64,000 nucleotides of DNA from Mustelus asterias. Taxonomy: Eukaryota. Below are positions 1-12,227 of the stretch, piece after piece. A program made the position numbers and the translations under genes. Under the pieces are notes generated by a model. That model was not told the DNA's origin. It searched no databases and worked only from the letters and a program-made list of their open reading frames with translations. The stretch is from positions 24,676,001 to 24,740,000 of the forward strand of contig NC_135808.1 of assembly GCF_964213995.1 (NCBI RefSeq), in the 5' to 3' direction. Every line of letters starts with the position of its first letter. Position 1 is the stretch's first letter.

Positions 1-590
1 TCCCATTGACATGATTTCATTCTTGCCAATCAACCTAATTACACCCGACTCTGAAACACCAGGAGAAAACCACAACATTTCACAAAACTGCATTAGCTCA
101 GATTAAAACAAACACCCCAATACTTAGGACCAATTACTCTTCTGCATTATGTTGTGAAGTTTATGTTTTTAAAATGATAACACAATTGTAACAATTGGAG
201 TTTTCTAAACAGCATTCCATTGGAATCGTGCTTTATTCGGTTTGTTAATTGTTTTGTTAACCTGATTGCTGTTAGTTAGATAAATAAAGTGTTACTTGTT
301 GCTTTACAGAGGGAATCTCAGGTAGTTATTTTGATTTGACCACTAAAAGTTGCTGAAGAGCAGATATTAACCCTTCTCACACACACTTTAACAGATTATG
401 AAGGGACGTAATGCTCTTTCAGTGGCTGAGTATCAGTTCTCAGAGAGGAAATCAACTTCCACTTCGTAACAATTATCAGCATGTGGGCTGCTGCAGTAAT
501 CAGAGTTGACACATAAAACAGTCCCTTTAGAAGAAATGCAAATACATTCCTTAAAAGCACAGTTCTGACACAGGGGACTTAGAGTGAGTG
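1..590. repeat. Local duplicate of 3204-4300, lacking an internal ~510 bp
   Basis: 1-190 matches 3204-3394 and 193-590 matches 3905-4300; both copies run into the same 25-bp minisatellite. Confidence 0.9.
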
Positions 591-1104
591 AGGGAGGGAG
601 GGAGTGAGATTCGGTGAGTGAAGGAGGTGAGAGAGCCGGTGAGTGAGGGGGGGGAGTGAGAGTTGGTGAGAGAGGGGGGAGCGAGAGTCGGTGAGTGAGG
701 GGGGAGTGAGAGTCGGTGAGTGTGCGGGAGTGAGAGTCGGTGAGTGAGGGGGGAGTGAGAGTCGGTGAGTGAGGGGGGAGTGAGAGTCGGTGAGTGGGGA
801 GGGGAGTGGGACTCTCACTCCCGCTCACTCACCGACACTCACTCCTCCCTAACTCACCCACTCTCACTCCCCCCTCACTCAACGACTCTCACTCCCCCCT
901 CACTCACCGACTCTCACTCCCCCCTCTCTCACCGACTCTCACTCCCCCCCCTCACTCACCGGCTCTCTCACCTCCTTCACTCACTGAATCTCACTTCCTC
1001 CCTCCCTCACTCACTCTAAGTCCCCTGTGTCAGAACTGTGCTTTTAAGCAATGTATTTGCATTTCTTCTAAAGGGACTGTTTTATGTGTCAACTCTGATT
1101 ACTG
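494..1104. repeat. Spacerless inverted duplication (palindrome), arms of about 300 bp
   Basis: 494-810 is the reverse complement of 811-1104; ORFs 433..828(-) and 794..1105(+) share their translation. Confidence 0.92.
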
Positions 1105-3010
1105 AGGGGAGGAGTGAGCATCGGTGAGTGAGGGGGGAGTGAGAGTCGGTGAGCGAGGGGGGAGTGAGAGTCGGTGAGCGAGGGGGGAGTGAGAGTCGGT
1201 GAGTGAGGGGGGAGTGAGAGTCGGTGAGTGAGGGGGGGAGTGAGAGTCGGTGAGAGAGGGTGGAGTGAGCATCGGTGAGTGAGGGGGGAGTGAGAGTCGG
1301 TGAGTGAGGGTGGAGTGAGAGTCGGTGAGCGAGGGGAGAGTGAGAGTCGGTGAGTGAGGGGGGAGTGAGAGTCGGTGAGTGAGGGGGGAGTGAGAGTCGG
1401 TGAGTGAGGGGGGGAGTAAGAGTCAGTGAGTGAGGGGGGTAGTGAGAGTCGGTGAGAGAGGGTGGAGTGAGAGTCGGTGAGTGAGGGGGGAGTGAGAGTC
1501 GGTGAGTGAGGGGGGGAGTGAGAGTCGGTGAGAGAGGGTGGAGTGAGAGTCGGTGAGTGAGGGGGAATGAGAGTCGGTGAGTGAGGGGGGAGTGGGTGTC
1601 GGAGGGTGAGGGGGGAGTGAGAGTCGGTGAGTGAGGGGGGAGCGAGAGTCGGTGAGTGAGCGGGGAGTGAGAGTCGGTGAGTGAAGGGGGAGGGAGGGTC
1701 GGTGAGTGAGGGGGGAGTGAGAGTTGGTGAGTGAGGGGTGGAGTGAGAGTTGGTGATTGAGGGGGGAGTGAGAGTCGGTGAGTGAGGGGGAACTGAGTCG
1801 TTGTGCGAATGTGAGTGAGGGGGGAGTGGGAGTCGGTGAGTGAGGGGGAACTGAGTCGTTGTGCGAATGTGAGTGAGGGGGGAGTGAGAGTCGGTTAGTG
1901 AGGGGGGAGTAGGAATCAGTGGGTGAGGGAGGAGTGAGTGGGAATCGGTGAGTGAGGGGGGAGTGAGAGTCGGTGAGTGAGGAGGGAGTGAGAGTCGGTG
2001 AGTGAGGCGGGAGTGAGAGTCGGTGAGTGAGGCAGGAGTGAGATTCGGTGAGGGTGGAGGTATTGGGAATCAGTGGGTGAGTGAGGAGTGAGTGGGAATC
2101 GGTGAGTGAGGGGGGAGTGAGAGTCGGTGAATGAGGGGGGAGTGAGAGTCGGTGAGTGAGGGGGGAGTGAGAGTTGGTGAGAGAGGGGGGAGTGAGAGTC
2201 GGTGAGTGAGGGGGAATGAGAGTCGGTGAGTGAGGGGGGAGTGGGAGTCGGAGGGTGAGGGGGAGTGAGAGTCGGTGACTGAGGGGGAAGTGAGAGTCGG
2301 TGAGTGGGGGGGAGTGAGAGTCGGTGAGTGAGCGGGGAGTGAGAGTCGGTGAGTGAAGGGGGAGGGAGGGTCGGTGAGTGAGGGGGAAGTGAGAGTCGGT
2401 GAGTGAGGGGCGGAGTGAGAGTTGGTGATTGAGGGCGGAGTGGGAGTTGGTGAGTGAGGGGGGAGTGAGAGTCGGTGAGTGAGGGGGAACTGAGTCGTCG
2501 TGCGAATGTGAGTGAGGGGGGAGTGAGAGTCGGTGAGTGAGGGGGGAGTGAGAGTCGGTGAGTGAGGGGGGAGTGAGAGTCGGTGAGTGAGGAGTGAATG
2601 AGAATCGGTTAGTGAGGTGGGAGTAGGAATCAGTGGGTGAGGGAGGAGTGAGTGGGAATCGGTGAGTGAGGGGGGAGTGAGAGTCGGTGAGTGAGGAGGG
2701 AGTGAGTGTCGGTGAGTGAGGCGGGAGTGAGATTCGGTGAGGGTGGAGGTAGTGGGAATCAGTGGGTGAGGGGGGAGCGAGAGTGGGTGAGTGAGGGGGG
2801 AGCGAGAGTGGGTGAGTGAGGGGGGAGCGAGAGTTGGTGAGTGAGGAGGGAGCGAGAGTCGGTGAGTGAGGAGGGAGCGGGAATCAGTGGGTCAGGGTGC
2901 GTGAGGGGGGAGTGAGTGGGAATCAGTGGGTGAGGTGGGAGTGAGTGGGAATTGGTGGGTGAGTGAGAGGGGGGTGGGAATCAGTGGGTGAGGGGGACTG
3001 AGTCATTGAG
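1105..3010 (+). repeat. 25-bp G-rich minisatellite (GAGTGAGAGTCGGTGAGTGAGGGGG)n
   Basis: Period 25 is visible at 2521/2546/2571; further arrays at about 580-810 and 4290-4780. Confidence 0.95.
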
Positions 3011-3389
3011 TGACGCGTGACAGATAGAGAGAAAGGTAGAAAACACCGAGTGCATTTTGCAGAAAGCTGGAGGGAGATACTTATTTTCTATCAGCTTCCA
3101 GACTGCAATTTCCAGACAGAGAAAGGGAGAGAGAAAGAGCTGCTCCTTCCTTTTTCAAATTGAAACAGCAACTGCCTGCCTGTCCCTCTGTAACCCAAAC
3201 TGCTCCCATTGACATGATTTCCTTCTTGCCAATCAACCTAATTACACCCGACTCTGAAACACCAGGAGAAAACCACAACATTTCACAAAACTGCATTCGC
3301 TGAGTTTAAAACAAACACCCCAATAATTAGGAGCAATGATTCTTCCGCATTATATTGTGAAGTTTATGTTTTTAAAATGATAACACAAT

Positions 3390-4105
3390 TGTAAAAATGC
3401 TCGGAGCAGAAGGCATTGCATGGGCTGTTTAAAAAAAGGTTTTTATTTCTGTACTGAAGAGTAGGCTGTACACTGCTGTACACTGTACATTGTATCATGA
3501 GCCTGGGCAGTAACTTTAAACAATCAGTTTAAATTAGGGATTTGAATAGCAGCAGCCTCTCAGATTTGAATTTGATGTTTTGATAACTAGTGGTAAACCA
3601 ATCCTATTGTGGGGATTTTTGATATGTCATCAGGGGTATAAAAGCCACACTCCTGCCTCTGCCAGCAAATGCATCTGCCACGGTTTACAGCTTGAGAGAG
3701 AGAGGGAGAGAGAGACAGACAGCAACTGTCTCTAACAGAGTGACAGCCACATTTATGTCTTAAAAGAAAGCCTCATCTCAAGCGTAAAGGTACAAACGGA
3801 AGTTAGTGGAAACAGAAGATAAAGACAGAGCATTCCGGAAGATGACAAAACTGGTTAAAATTTTGAGAGTGACTAGAAATTCAAATTGTTTTGTAAAAAA
3901 TGGGAATTGGATTTATCTAAAGAGCATTCCATTGGAATCGTGCTTTATTCGGTTTGTTAATTGTTTAGTTAACCTGATTGCTGTTAGTTAGATAAATATT
4001 GTGTTACTTGTTGCTTTACAGAGGGAATCTCAGGTAGTTATTTTGATTTGATCACTAAAAGTTGCTGAAGTGCAGATATTAAACCTTCTCACACACATTT
4101 TAACA
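3390..4105 (+). mobile_element. Possible solo LTR
   Basis: Begins TGTAA and ends TTAACA; TATA-like GGGTATAAAA at about 3634; AATAAA in the paralogous copy near 283. No clear TSD. Confidence 0.45.
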
Positions 4106-4289
4106 GATTATGAAGGGACGTAATGCTCTTTCAGTGGCTGAGTATCAGTTCTCAGAGAGGAGATCAACTTCCACTTCGTAACAATCATCAGCATGTGGGT
4201 TGCTGCAGTCATCAGAGTTGACATATAAAACAGTCCCTTTAGAAGAAATACAAATACATTCCTTAAAGGCACAGTTCTGACACGGGACT

Positions 4290-4780
4290 TAGAGTGAGTG
4301 AGGGAGGGAAGGAGGGAGAGTCGGTGAGTGAGGGGGGAGTGAGAGTGGGTGAGTGAGGGGGGAGTGAGGGGGGCGTGAGAGTCGGTGAGTGAGGGGGGCG
4401 TGGGAGTCGGTGAGTGAGGGCGCGTGAGAGTCGGTGAGTGAGGGGGGAGTGAGAGTCGGTGAGTGAGGGGGGAGTGAGAGTCAGTGAGTGAGGGGGGAGT
4501 GAGAGTCGTGAGTGAGGGGGGAGTGAGAGTCGTTGAGTGAGGGGTGAGTGAGAGTGGGTGAGTGAGAGTGGGTGAGTGAGGGAGGAGTGAGAGTCTTTGA
4601 GTGAGGGGGGAGTGAGAGTCTTTGAGTGAGGGGGGAGTGAGAGTCGGTGAGTGAGGGGGGAGTGAGAGTCGGTGAGTGAGGGGGGAGTGAGAGTCGGTGA
4701 GTGAGGGGGGAGTGAGAGTGGGTGTGTGAGCGGGGAGTGAGAGTCGGTGAGTGAGCGGGGGAGTGAGAGTCGGTGAAGGG
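4290..4780 (+). repeat. 25-bp G-rich minisatellite, second array just 5' of the alpha-3 exon
   Basis: Same unit as 1105-3010. Confidence 0.95.
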
Positions 4781-4842
4781 GGTGATGCCGGGACCCTCCA
4801 TCTCGAGGTTCCTGTACTGACTCCTCTTTCTTTCTCTCTCAG

Positions 4843-5106
4843 TTGCCCCGATCGTGTCCTTTACCCGTCTGGGTGATTCTAACCAGCTGTCCTGTGCCGT
4901 CACTGGGTTTTACCCTCAAGCCATCGAGGTGAATCTGTGGAGAGATGAAGTGGTGATTGATGAGACTCTGTCCAGTGGGATCTTACCCAATCACGACAGC
5001 ACCTACCAGATCCGGAAATGGGCAGAGTTTGATCCAGAGGACCAGGCCGAGTATTCCTGTCGGGTGGAACACAGCGGGATGAATGAGACACTGGTGGTGA
5101 TTTACG
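4843..5106 (+). CDS. MHC class I heavy chain, alpha-3 (IgC1) exon
   Basis: Polypyrimidine tract plus AG at 4841-4842 and GTAAGA donor at 5107. The 264-bp phase1-phase1 exon reads (V)APIVSFTRLGDSNQLSCAVTGFYPQAIEVNLWRD...GILPNHDSTYQIRKW...YSCRVEHSGMNETLVVIY, with class I C1-set motifs C..GFYP, LPNxDxTYQ and YSCxVEH. Lineage (UAA vs non-classical) cannot be assigned without alpha1/alpha2. Confidence 0.93.
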
Positions 5107-5451
5107 GTAAGACTATTTCTCACTGTTCGAGAGGACCCAGCCTCAGACCAGGGTCACAGGAGGGAGGGTCAGTGCTGAGCTGTCAGCCCAGGACAGCCTG
5201 AGGCCCAGTATAGAGCAAGAAGGAAATAAATATTAATCTTCAATGCATTACATCATCATGGTGTCACCATTAAAGGAAAGTGATTGTGTGTCCTGGGGTT
5301 TTACTGTGCAATCTGCCCCAGTGTATCCTGCGATATTATAGCATGACAGGGCCCGGTGCATTGTGGCAAATAACAGGAAGTGCAGGACCCATTGCATTGT
5401 TGAATATTATAGTAGGAAAGGGCGCCTGTGGATCATGAGATATTACTGTGT

Positions 5452-6320
5452 GACAGGCCAGTGTATCCTGAGATATTACAGTATTACAGGGCCAGTGTAT
5501 CCTGGGATATTACAGTATTACAGGGCCAGTGTATCCTGAGATATTACAGTATGACAGGGCCAGTGTATCCTGGGATATTACAGTATTACAGGGCCAGTCT
5601 ATCCTGGGATATTACAGAATGACAAGGCCAGTGTATCCTGGGATAGTACAATATTACAGGGCCAGTGTATCCTGGGCTATTACAGTATTACAGGGCCAGT
5701 GTATCCTGGGATATTACAGTATTACAGTGTCACTGTATCCTGGGATATTACAGTATTACAGGGCCAGTGTATCCTGGGATATTACAATATTACAGGGCCA
5801 GTGTATCCTGGGCTATTACAGTATTACAGGGCCAGTGTATCCTGGGATATTACAGTATGACAGGGCCAGTGTATCCTGGGCTATTACAGTATAAAGTTTA
5901 ACAACACCAGGTTAAAGTCCAACAGGTTTATTTGGTAGCTTTTGCTACCAAATAAACCTGTTGGACTTTAACCTGGTGTTGTTAAACTTCTTACTGTGTT
6001 TACCCCAGTCCAACGCCGGCATTTCCACACTATTACAGTATTACAGGGCCAGTGTATCCTGGGATATTACAGTATGACAGGGCCAGTGTATCCTGGGATA
6101 TTACAGTATGACAGGGCCAGTGTATCCTGGGATATTACAGTATGACAGGGCCAGTGTATCCTGGGATATTACAGTATTACAGGGCCAGTGTATCCTGGGA
6201 TATTACAGTATGACAGGGCCGAGTGTATCCTGGGATATTACAGTATTACAGGGCCAGTGTATCCTGGGATATTACAGTATGACAGGGCCAGTGTATCCTG
6301 GGATATTACAGTATTACAGG
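5452..6320 (+). repeat. 34-bp minisatellite (CAGGGCCAGTGTATCCTGGGATATTACAGTATTA)n
   Basis: About 20 copies, interrupted at 5893-6029. Confidence 0.95.
5893..6029 (+). mobile_element. Mini Penelope-like insertion (family 1): terminal hairpin plus tail
   Basis: Perfect ~46-bp stem AAGTTTAACAACACCAGG...GGTAGC/TTTT/GCTACC...TTAAACTT, then tail TGTGTTTACCCCAGTCCAACGCCGGCAT..CCACA. Flanked by CTATTACAGTAT repeats (5881-5892, 6030-6041); matches the ends of 13961-17056. Confidence 0.85.
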
Positions 6321-6423
6321 ACCTAGTGTATTCTGGATGTTTACTCCAGTCAACTTCGGATGAATGTTCAGAAAAATACTGGAACTCTGTCTATTGGAGA
6401 GAATTCATGAAAATCTAGAAAGT

Positions 6424-7600
6424 CTATTTGGACTTCAGTAAGGCCTTTGATAAATTTCTATATGGCAGGCTGCTCTGGAAGGTGAGATCACATGGAATCC
6501 AGGGAGAGCTGGCAAATTGCTGATGTAATTGTCGTGATGATAGGAAGGAGAAGGTAATGGTGGAAGGGTGCTTGTCGGACTGGATGCCTGTGACTAGTGT
6601 ATGCCCCAGGGGTCGGTGCTGGGCCCATTGCTGTTTGTTATCTATATCAACAATTTGGATGAGAATGTACACGGCATGATCAGTAAGTTTGCAGAAGACA
6701 CTAAAGTAGGTGGTATTTTAGGCAGTGAGGAAGCTTGTCAAAAATTGGAGCAGGATCTTGATCAGCTGGAGAAATGGGCCGAGAAATGGCAAATGGAGTT
6801 CAACACAGATGAGTGTGAGCTGTTGCATTTTGGAAAGTCAAATCAAGCTCAGACTTTAACAGTGAATTGTAGGACCTTAGGGAGTTTCGTTGAACTTAGG
6901 GACCTTGGAGTTCAGGTGCACAGTTCTCTGAAAGTGGAGTCACAGGTAGATAGGGCAGTGAAGAAGCCTTTTGGCACGCTGGCCTTCAGTCAAGTCACTG
7001 AGTATAGAAGTTGGGAAGTTATGTTGCAGTTGCACAGGACGTTGGTGAGGCCGCACTTGGAGTATTGTGTTCAGTTTTGGTCGCCCTGCTACAGGAAATA
7101 TGTTATTAAACTCGAAAGAGTACAGAAGAGATTTACAAGGATGTTGCCAGGACTGAAGGGACTGTGTTGTAGGGAGAGATTGGACATGCGAGGACTTTTT
7201 TCCTTTGGAGCGTAGGAGACTAAGGGGTGATCTTGTAGAGGTATATAATAAGATCATGAGGGACATGGATAGGGTGAATGCACTCAGTCTTTTTCCCAGG
7301 GTTGGGGAATCGAGAACTCGAGAGCATAGGTTTATGTTAAGAGGGGAAAAAATTAATGGAAACCTGAGGAGCAACTGTTTTACACAGAGAATGGTACATA
7401 TGTGCAAAGAGCTGCCGGAGGAAGTGGTTGAAGCAGGGACATTGACAACATTTAAAAGGCATTTGGACAGATACATGGATCTGAAAGGTTTAGGGGGATA
7501 TGGGTCAAATACAGGCAAATGGAGTTAAGTTAGATGGATATTTTGGTCGGCTAGGGCCAGTTTCGGCCAAAGGGCCTGCCTCTGTTCCGTAGATTCTATG
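6424..7600 (+). mobile_element. CR1 LINE, 5'-truncated (RT C-terminal half plus 3' tail)
   Basis: [26 protein letters not shown] and LEYCVQFWSP motifs; ends GATTCTATG. Confidence 0.92.
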
Positions 7601-7620
7601 AAAGCAAAAAATATGAGAGT

Positions 7621-9515
7621 TGTGATAACCCCCAGCACCTACAAGGGGAATCCCTGATTGACCCCCCAGTCAGACTCATGGGAATCTGAGTTCCAGTGGC
7701 GATAGGCAATTGCCTAACCAGGTGGAACTCGTATCCAGAGCCCTTGATAAGTCAATCCCTTGAGCGTGTCCGGTGTTCTATCATCCTGGATGGGACTCAT
7801 GTACATGGACCACAAAGTTGTGTTTTAACTTTTACTTTGACAAATACAATGTCGAATGATGAAAATGTGAGCTGGAAACTATGTTTGGCAGCCTGGTACA
7901 GATGGGGACATAGAGGAACTGGTTCAAACATGCAAAGCTTGCCAGGATAACCAGGGGGCCCCACCAGTAGCCTCTCTGTTCTCCTGGGAATGGCCGGGAA
8001 GTCCTTGGATTGTGCAGGGCCATTTATGGGCTCAATGTTTCTGATATTGATTGATGCCCACCCGAAGTAGATTGGTCTACACCGGGTGGCTTTTACCACT
8101 TCATATAACACCATAGAAAAGCTCGGGCAGTCTTTCAGTACGCATGAGATACCAGAGGTCCTCGTAACAGGCAATGGGACCCGTTTACCAGTGAAGAGTT
8201 CAAAACATTCATGACCACAAATGGAGTAAGACATGTCTGCACAGCCCCATATCACCTCTCATTGAATGGCTTCACAGGGCGAGCAGTCCAAGTAGAATCA
8301 TAGAACCTTAGAAACCCTACAATGCAGAAAGAGGCCATCTGGCCCATTGAGTCTGCACCGACCACAATCCCACCCAGGCCCTACCCCCATATCCCTACAC
8401 ATTTACCCGCTAATCCCTCTAACCTACGCATCTCAGGACACTAAGGGGCAATTTTAGCATGGCCAGTCAACCTAACCCGCAGATCTTTGGGTTCAAAAGC
8501 AGTTCAAAAAAGTGTTCAAAAGCAGCATGAAAAAAACAAACTCAGGGCTCCTTGGGCACAAAGTTGGTACAGTTCATTTTAACTCCAGGGCAACCCTGTA
8601 CATAATGACGGGTTTCGCCCCAGCAGAATTCCTGATGGGCACACGCCTGCGGGATCAGGCTGAGCCTCACTTTCCTGAATCTAAGTGTAAAAATTGAGGA
8701 GAAACAAAAAGCACAAAATATGGGCCAAGGGGGGACATTCGCCTGATTGGAATTTTAAACCAGGAGACACCGTCCACGTGCAAAACTTTGGAGATAGCAC
8801 CCAATGGACACCACGGGTTCCTCCCTCAAGGATCGGTCCAGTGTTATACACTGTAAAAACTGAAGACAAGATAGTAAGGAAACATATTGACCCTCTGACG
8901 CCGTCCGAAACGTTCGACAGAAGCAACTGGCACATCGAACGTGCCATCTTCGGCACCGTGCACATCGACTGGCAGCAAAGAAACTCAACCAACGCTTGGC
9001 TTCAAAACAGCTGGGGAGGACTCGGCCTTAGAAATGGAAATTGAGGCAGCGGAATCTCAGCCAGAGGTTGTTGTGGAGAGTGAGCCACCTGCAGTGACAC
9101 TTCGGCGGTCATCAAGAAAGAGACGGTCGCCGACTCGATGGACCTCTCCTGACCAGGTGGAGGATGCAATGGAAAGAAAGCCATTGGTCAAAGGATGAAG
9201 ATGTTCTTGACATCTCAGGAGTGAGGGAGAGCCCTCAGGCATGGAGGTGGAGGGATGTGATAACCCCGAGTACCTACAAAGGGAATCCCTGGTTGACCTC
9301 CCAGTAAGACTCATGGGATACGAGTGCCTGGGTGATTGGCAATTGCCTAACCAGGTGGAACCCGTATCCAGAGCCCTTGATAAGGCGGTCCCCTGAGCGT
9401 CCGGTATTCTATCATCCAAATGGAACTCATGTACACGTACCACAGGGTTGTGTTTTAATTTTACTTTGACAAACAAAACATTGTTCCTTTCCAGTCGGCT
9501 TCCTGAGTTATTACA
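7621..9515 (+). mobile_element. Internally deleted Gypsy/Ty3 LTR retrotransposon
   Basis: LTRs at 7621-~7850 (3'-truncated) and 9256-9515 (TG...CA), with purine tract GGAGGTGGAGGGA just before the 3' LTR. Degenerate integrase between them (CKAC, GPFMGSMFLILIDAH, PEVLVTGNG, TAPYH). No gag or RT. Confidence 0.85.
8294..8490 (-). mobile_element. HE1-type SINE, 3' half, inserted in the Gypsy integrase
   Basis: Matches the 3' half of 11256-11573. Confidence 0.85.
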
Positions 9516-9876
9516 ATAATGAATAGTCAGCATGGATCTTGAAATGGAGAGTCTTGTTTTACTCCACTTAGTGGATTTTTTGAGGATGTAACAGGTGATG
9601 ATAATGTAGTAGATATAATTTAATATGATTTTTTCAATGTAATAGATAAGGTGACTGGTGATAGACTAATGGATAAGGTCAGAGAATGTGGAGTTAGGGA
9701 AAAGTGACAGAATGGATTGCTCACTGACTTTGAGACAGAAAGCAGAGAGTGTGAGTAAAGGGAGTTATTCAGAGTTACAGACAGTGGGAAATGGTGTCCC
9801 ACAAGGATCAGTGCTCGGCTCACCACTGTTCACAATTTACACTCAATGATTTGGTTATTGGAACCAAGAACACCAT

Positions 9877-10699
9877 GGGTAGAATTTTACGACCTCATAA
9901 TGCCCATTTTTCAGCATGAAGATGTACTAAATTGGGGAGTGAGCTGACTGGTGGGAATAGTGCCCCTTTTCCCATCCATTCCTACCTGACCAAAAGAGAA
10001 TGGGTGAAAATGGGTCAATTTGCATTTTTGTGCATTCATCACAATGTAACAAGCGAGCTTCAGTGTTGTCCTGGGAACCACGCAAGACAGGCAATAGCTG
10101 GCCCACCTGAAAGCTTTGGGACTCCTCCCAACAGCCTCACAGTTGGTCCAGTGTTGCTGTCAGCCCTTCCTGCATTCCCTGGCTCAGTTGCTGCATCTCC
10201 AGCAGCGGGGATTTGGTCATTAGGCACAGCGGTTAGCGCTGCTGCCTCTGTCATGATAGGGTTGGCAGGGGAGAGGGTCATGTCACTTGGCAATTAGGGG
10301 CAGGGGGTGATGAGGGGATCATGTGCAAGGGGGTGTAAGGAGGGTAAGGCAGTCGGAAAATTGGGCAGAGTCCCTGATGTCCGTGGCGGGGAGGGTGAGG
10401 CTGTATCTGGCCGGGGGAAGGGTCGGGGGGGGGGGGGGGGGGGGGAGTTGTGGCAGGGTAACGGCTGCCTTTTTCGCCTTTTCTGCGAATGTGCAGTTTG
10501 TGGCTCCGATCTGAGCTGCAGGCTGTCTGTCGGGTTATGCCCCAACCACTGCCTCTTTTGGATAGAAACAGTCTAGCCCATATTGTCAATATTTCCGTCT
10601 GTAAGATTGGGAGTGAAAACACGCTCAAAGAAATGGTTCAGGCACTCTCTCGTTTTCACGCCAGCCGGACAATGAAAATAATCTCGGAAAATTCCGCCC
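9877..10699. mobile_element. Non-autonomous DNA transposon, PIF/Harbinger-like
   Basis: Imperfect TIRs GGGTAGAATTTT / AAAATTCCGCCC and a 3-bp TSD CAT (9874-9876, 10700-10702). Removing it restores the LINE frame AAC ACC ATT TCT CAA TTT GCA. Confidence 0.75.
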
Positions 10700-11255
10700 C
10701 ATTTCTCAATTTGCAGAGGACATCAAATTGTGATGAATTAGTCAATATTGAGGAGAACTGCAATACATTAATTGGACATTCATAAACCTTTCGAATGAGC
10801 AAATAATTGGTGAATGGAGTTCAGCACAGATAAACGTGAAGGTAGTTTTCTGTTAAAGATGTATCGGGAGGTCACTTATTACCTGGAAGGTGCCGGTGTG
10901 GATGGAGTTGAGGAACAAAGGGATCTGGGTGTACAAATACACCAATCAGTAACAGGTTAGACAAGGTCATAAACAAAATAAATGGAAAACCAGGTTTTAT
11001 TTCTCGAGAGATTGAATTGTAAAGCAGGGATGTTATTGCTAAACCTGTATCAGCCTTCATTATAGGACATTTAGCACGTGTGCAGTTCCGGTCACCATTT
11101 CATACAAAGGATATAGATTCAGGGGAGAGAGTGCAGAGATGATTTACAAAGATGATTCCAGGAATGAGTGGGTGGACATCTCGGTGAAGGATTGACCGGG
11201 TCTCCGCACTCAGGAAAACAGAAGGCTGAGGGTTGACCTAGTCGAGGTCTTGAAA

Positions 11256-11573
11256 ATCATAGAACCCTACAGTGCAGAAGGAGGCCATTCGGCCCATCGA
11301 GTCTGCACCGACCACAATCCCACCCAAGCCCTACCCCCACATATTTACCCGCTAATCCCTCTAACCTACGCATCTCAGGGGCAATTTTTAACCTGGCCAA
11401 TCAACCTAACCCGCACATCTTTGTGGGAGGAAACCGGAGCACCCGGAGGAAACCCACGCAGACACGAGGAGAATGTGCAAACTCCACACAGACAGTGACC
11501 CGAGCCGGGAATCGAACCCAGGACCCTGGAGCTGTGAAGCAGCAGTGCTAACCACTGTGCTACCGTGCCGCCC
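11256..11573 (-). mobile_element. HE1-type tRNA-derived SINE, full length
   Basis: Head GGGCGGCACGGTAGCACAGTGGTTAGC (A box), GGTTCGATTCC (B box), CR1-like TTCTATGA tail. Confidence 0.9.
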
Positions 11574-12122
11574 AAAATTATGCAAGGTTTTTATAGACTG
11601 GAAACAGAAAGAATGTTTGCTCTTGTGGGAAGGACAAACTGGAGGCCATCAATGCAGGATAGTCACCAAGAAACGCAATGGGAAATTCAGGAGAGATCTC
11701 TTTACCAAAGAATGAAGAGAATGTGGAGCTCGCTACTGCAGGGAGTGGCTGAACTGAACAGTAGATTAAGAGGAAAATAGACAAGCAAAAGAGAAGGGAA
11801 TAGAGTTAAAATGGTTGAATTGGATGTGGGAAGATGGGAGGAGGCTCAAGTGGAACATAAACACCAGCATCAACTGGATGGGTTGATTGGCTGATTTTTA
11901 TGTCGTATATCCTGTGTTTCCTGATTCTCTCTCTCTCTCTGACTCACTCTCTTTCATTTTGTCTCTCTCTCTGATTTCTCTCTCTTTCTGATTCTCTCTC
12001 TCTCCCTCCCTTCTTGGCCTCTTTCATTCTCTCCCACTTTCACGTTCTCTCTCTCCCTCTCTCTGATTCTCACTTTTCCCTCTCCCTGATTCACTCAGTC
12101 TCTCTGATTCTCTCTCTAACAG

Positions 12123-12227
12123 AACCAAAGTCTCGCTCCCAGGTTGCTGTTACTGTCGGGATTGTGGTCGGGGTCCTCGTGCTCATCGCTCTCATCATTG
12201 TGGCTGTCGTCATCTACACCAAGAAAG
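12123..12227 (+). CDS. MHC class I connecting peptide/transmembrane exon
   Basis: Long CT-rich tract then AG at 12121-12122. Phase 1 joins alpha-3 to give EPKSRSQVAVTVGIVVGVLVLIALIIVAVVIYTKK (hydrophobic helix plus basic stop-transfer). It ends at a candidate GC donor AAAG/GCAGGA (12228); if unspliced it reads GRNLKGK to TAG at 12248-12250. Confidence 0.85.

Larger units (their letters stand above)
9540..11920 (+). mobile_element. Old degenerate CR1-type LINE RT fragment, interrupted twice
   Basis: GVPQGSVLG at about 9795; ISQFAEDIK spans the 9876/10700 junction; later RT and 3' UTR remnants follow. Confidence 0.75.

Noticed and set aside
433-1105. Pro/Ser/His-rich ORFs with a Cys-rich end
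   Set aside because: Products of the minisatellite and its palindrome; no splice or domain support.
5107-5201. C-terminal extension of the alpha-3 ORF (secreted form)
   Set aside because: Lies past a strong GTAAGA donor; no evidence of intron retention.
5428-6418. 34-bp repeats as a CRISPR array or repeat protein
   Set aside because: Head-to-tail units without unique spacers, eukaryotic context, no cas genes.
10425-10445. Long poly-G tracts (also near 18486 and 31277)
   Set aside because: Simple homopolymers inside repeats; lengths unreliable and no functional evidence.
11256-11573. tRNA genes at SINE heads
   Set aside because: A/B boxes continue into a SINE body and LINE-like tail; no complete cloverleaf.
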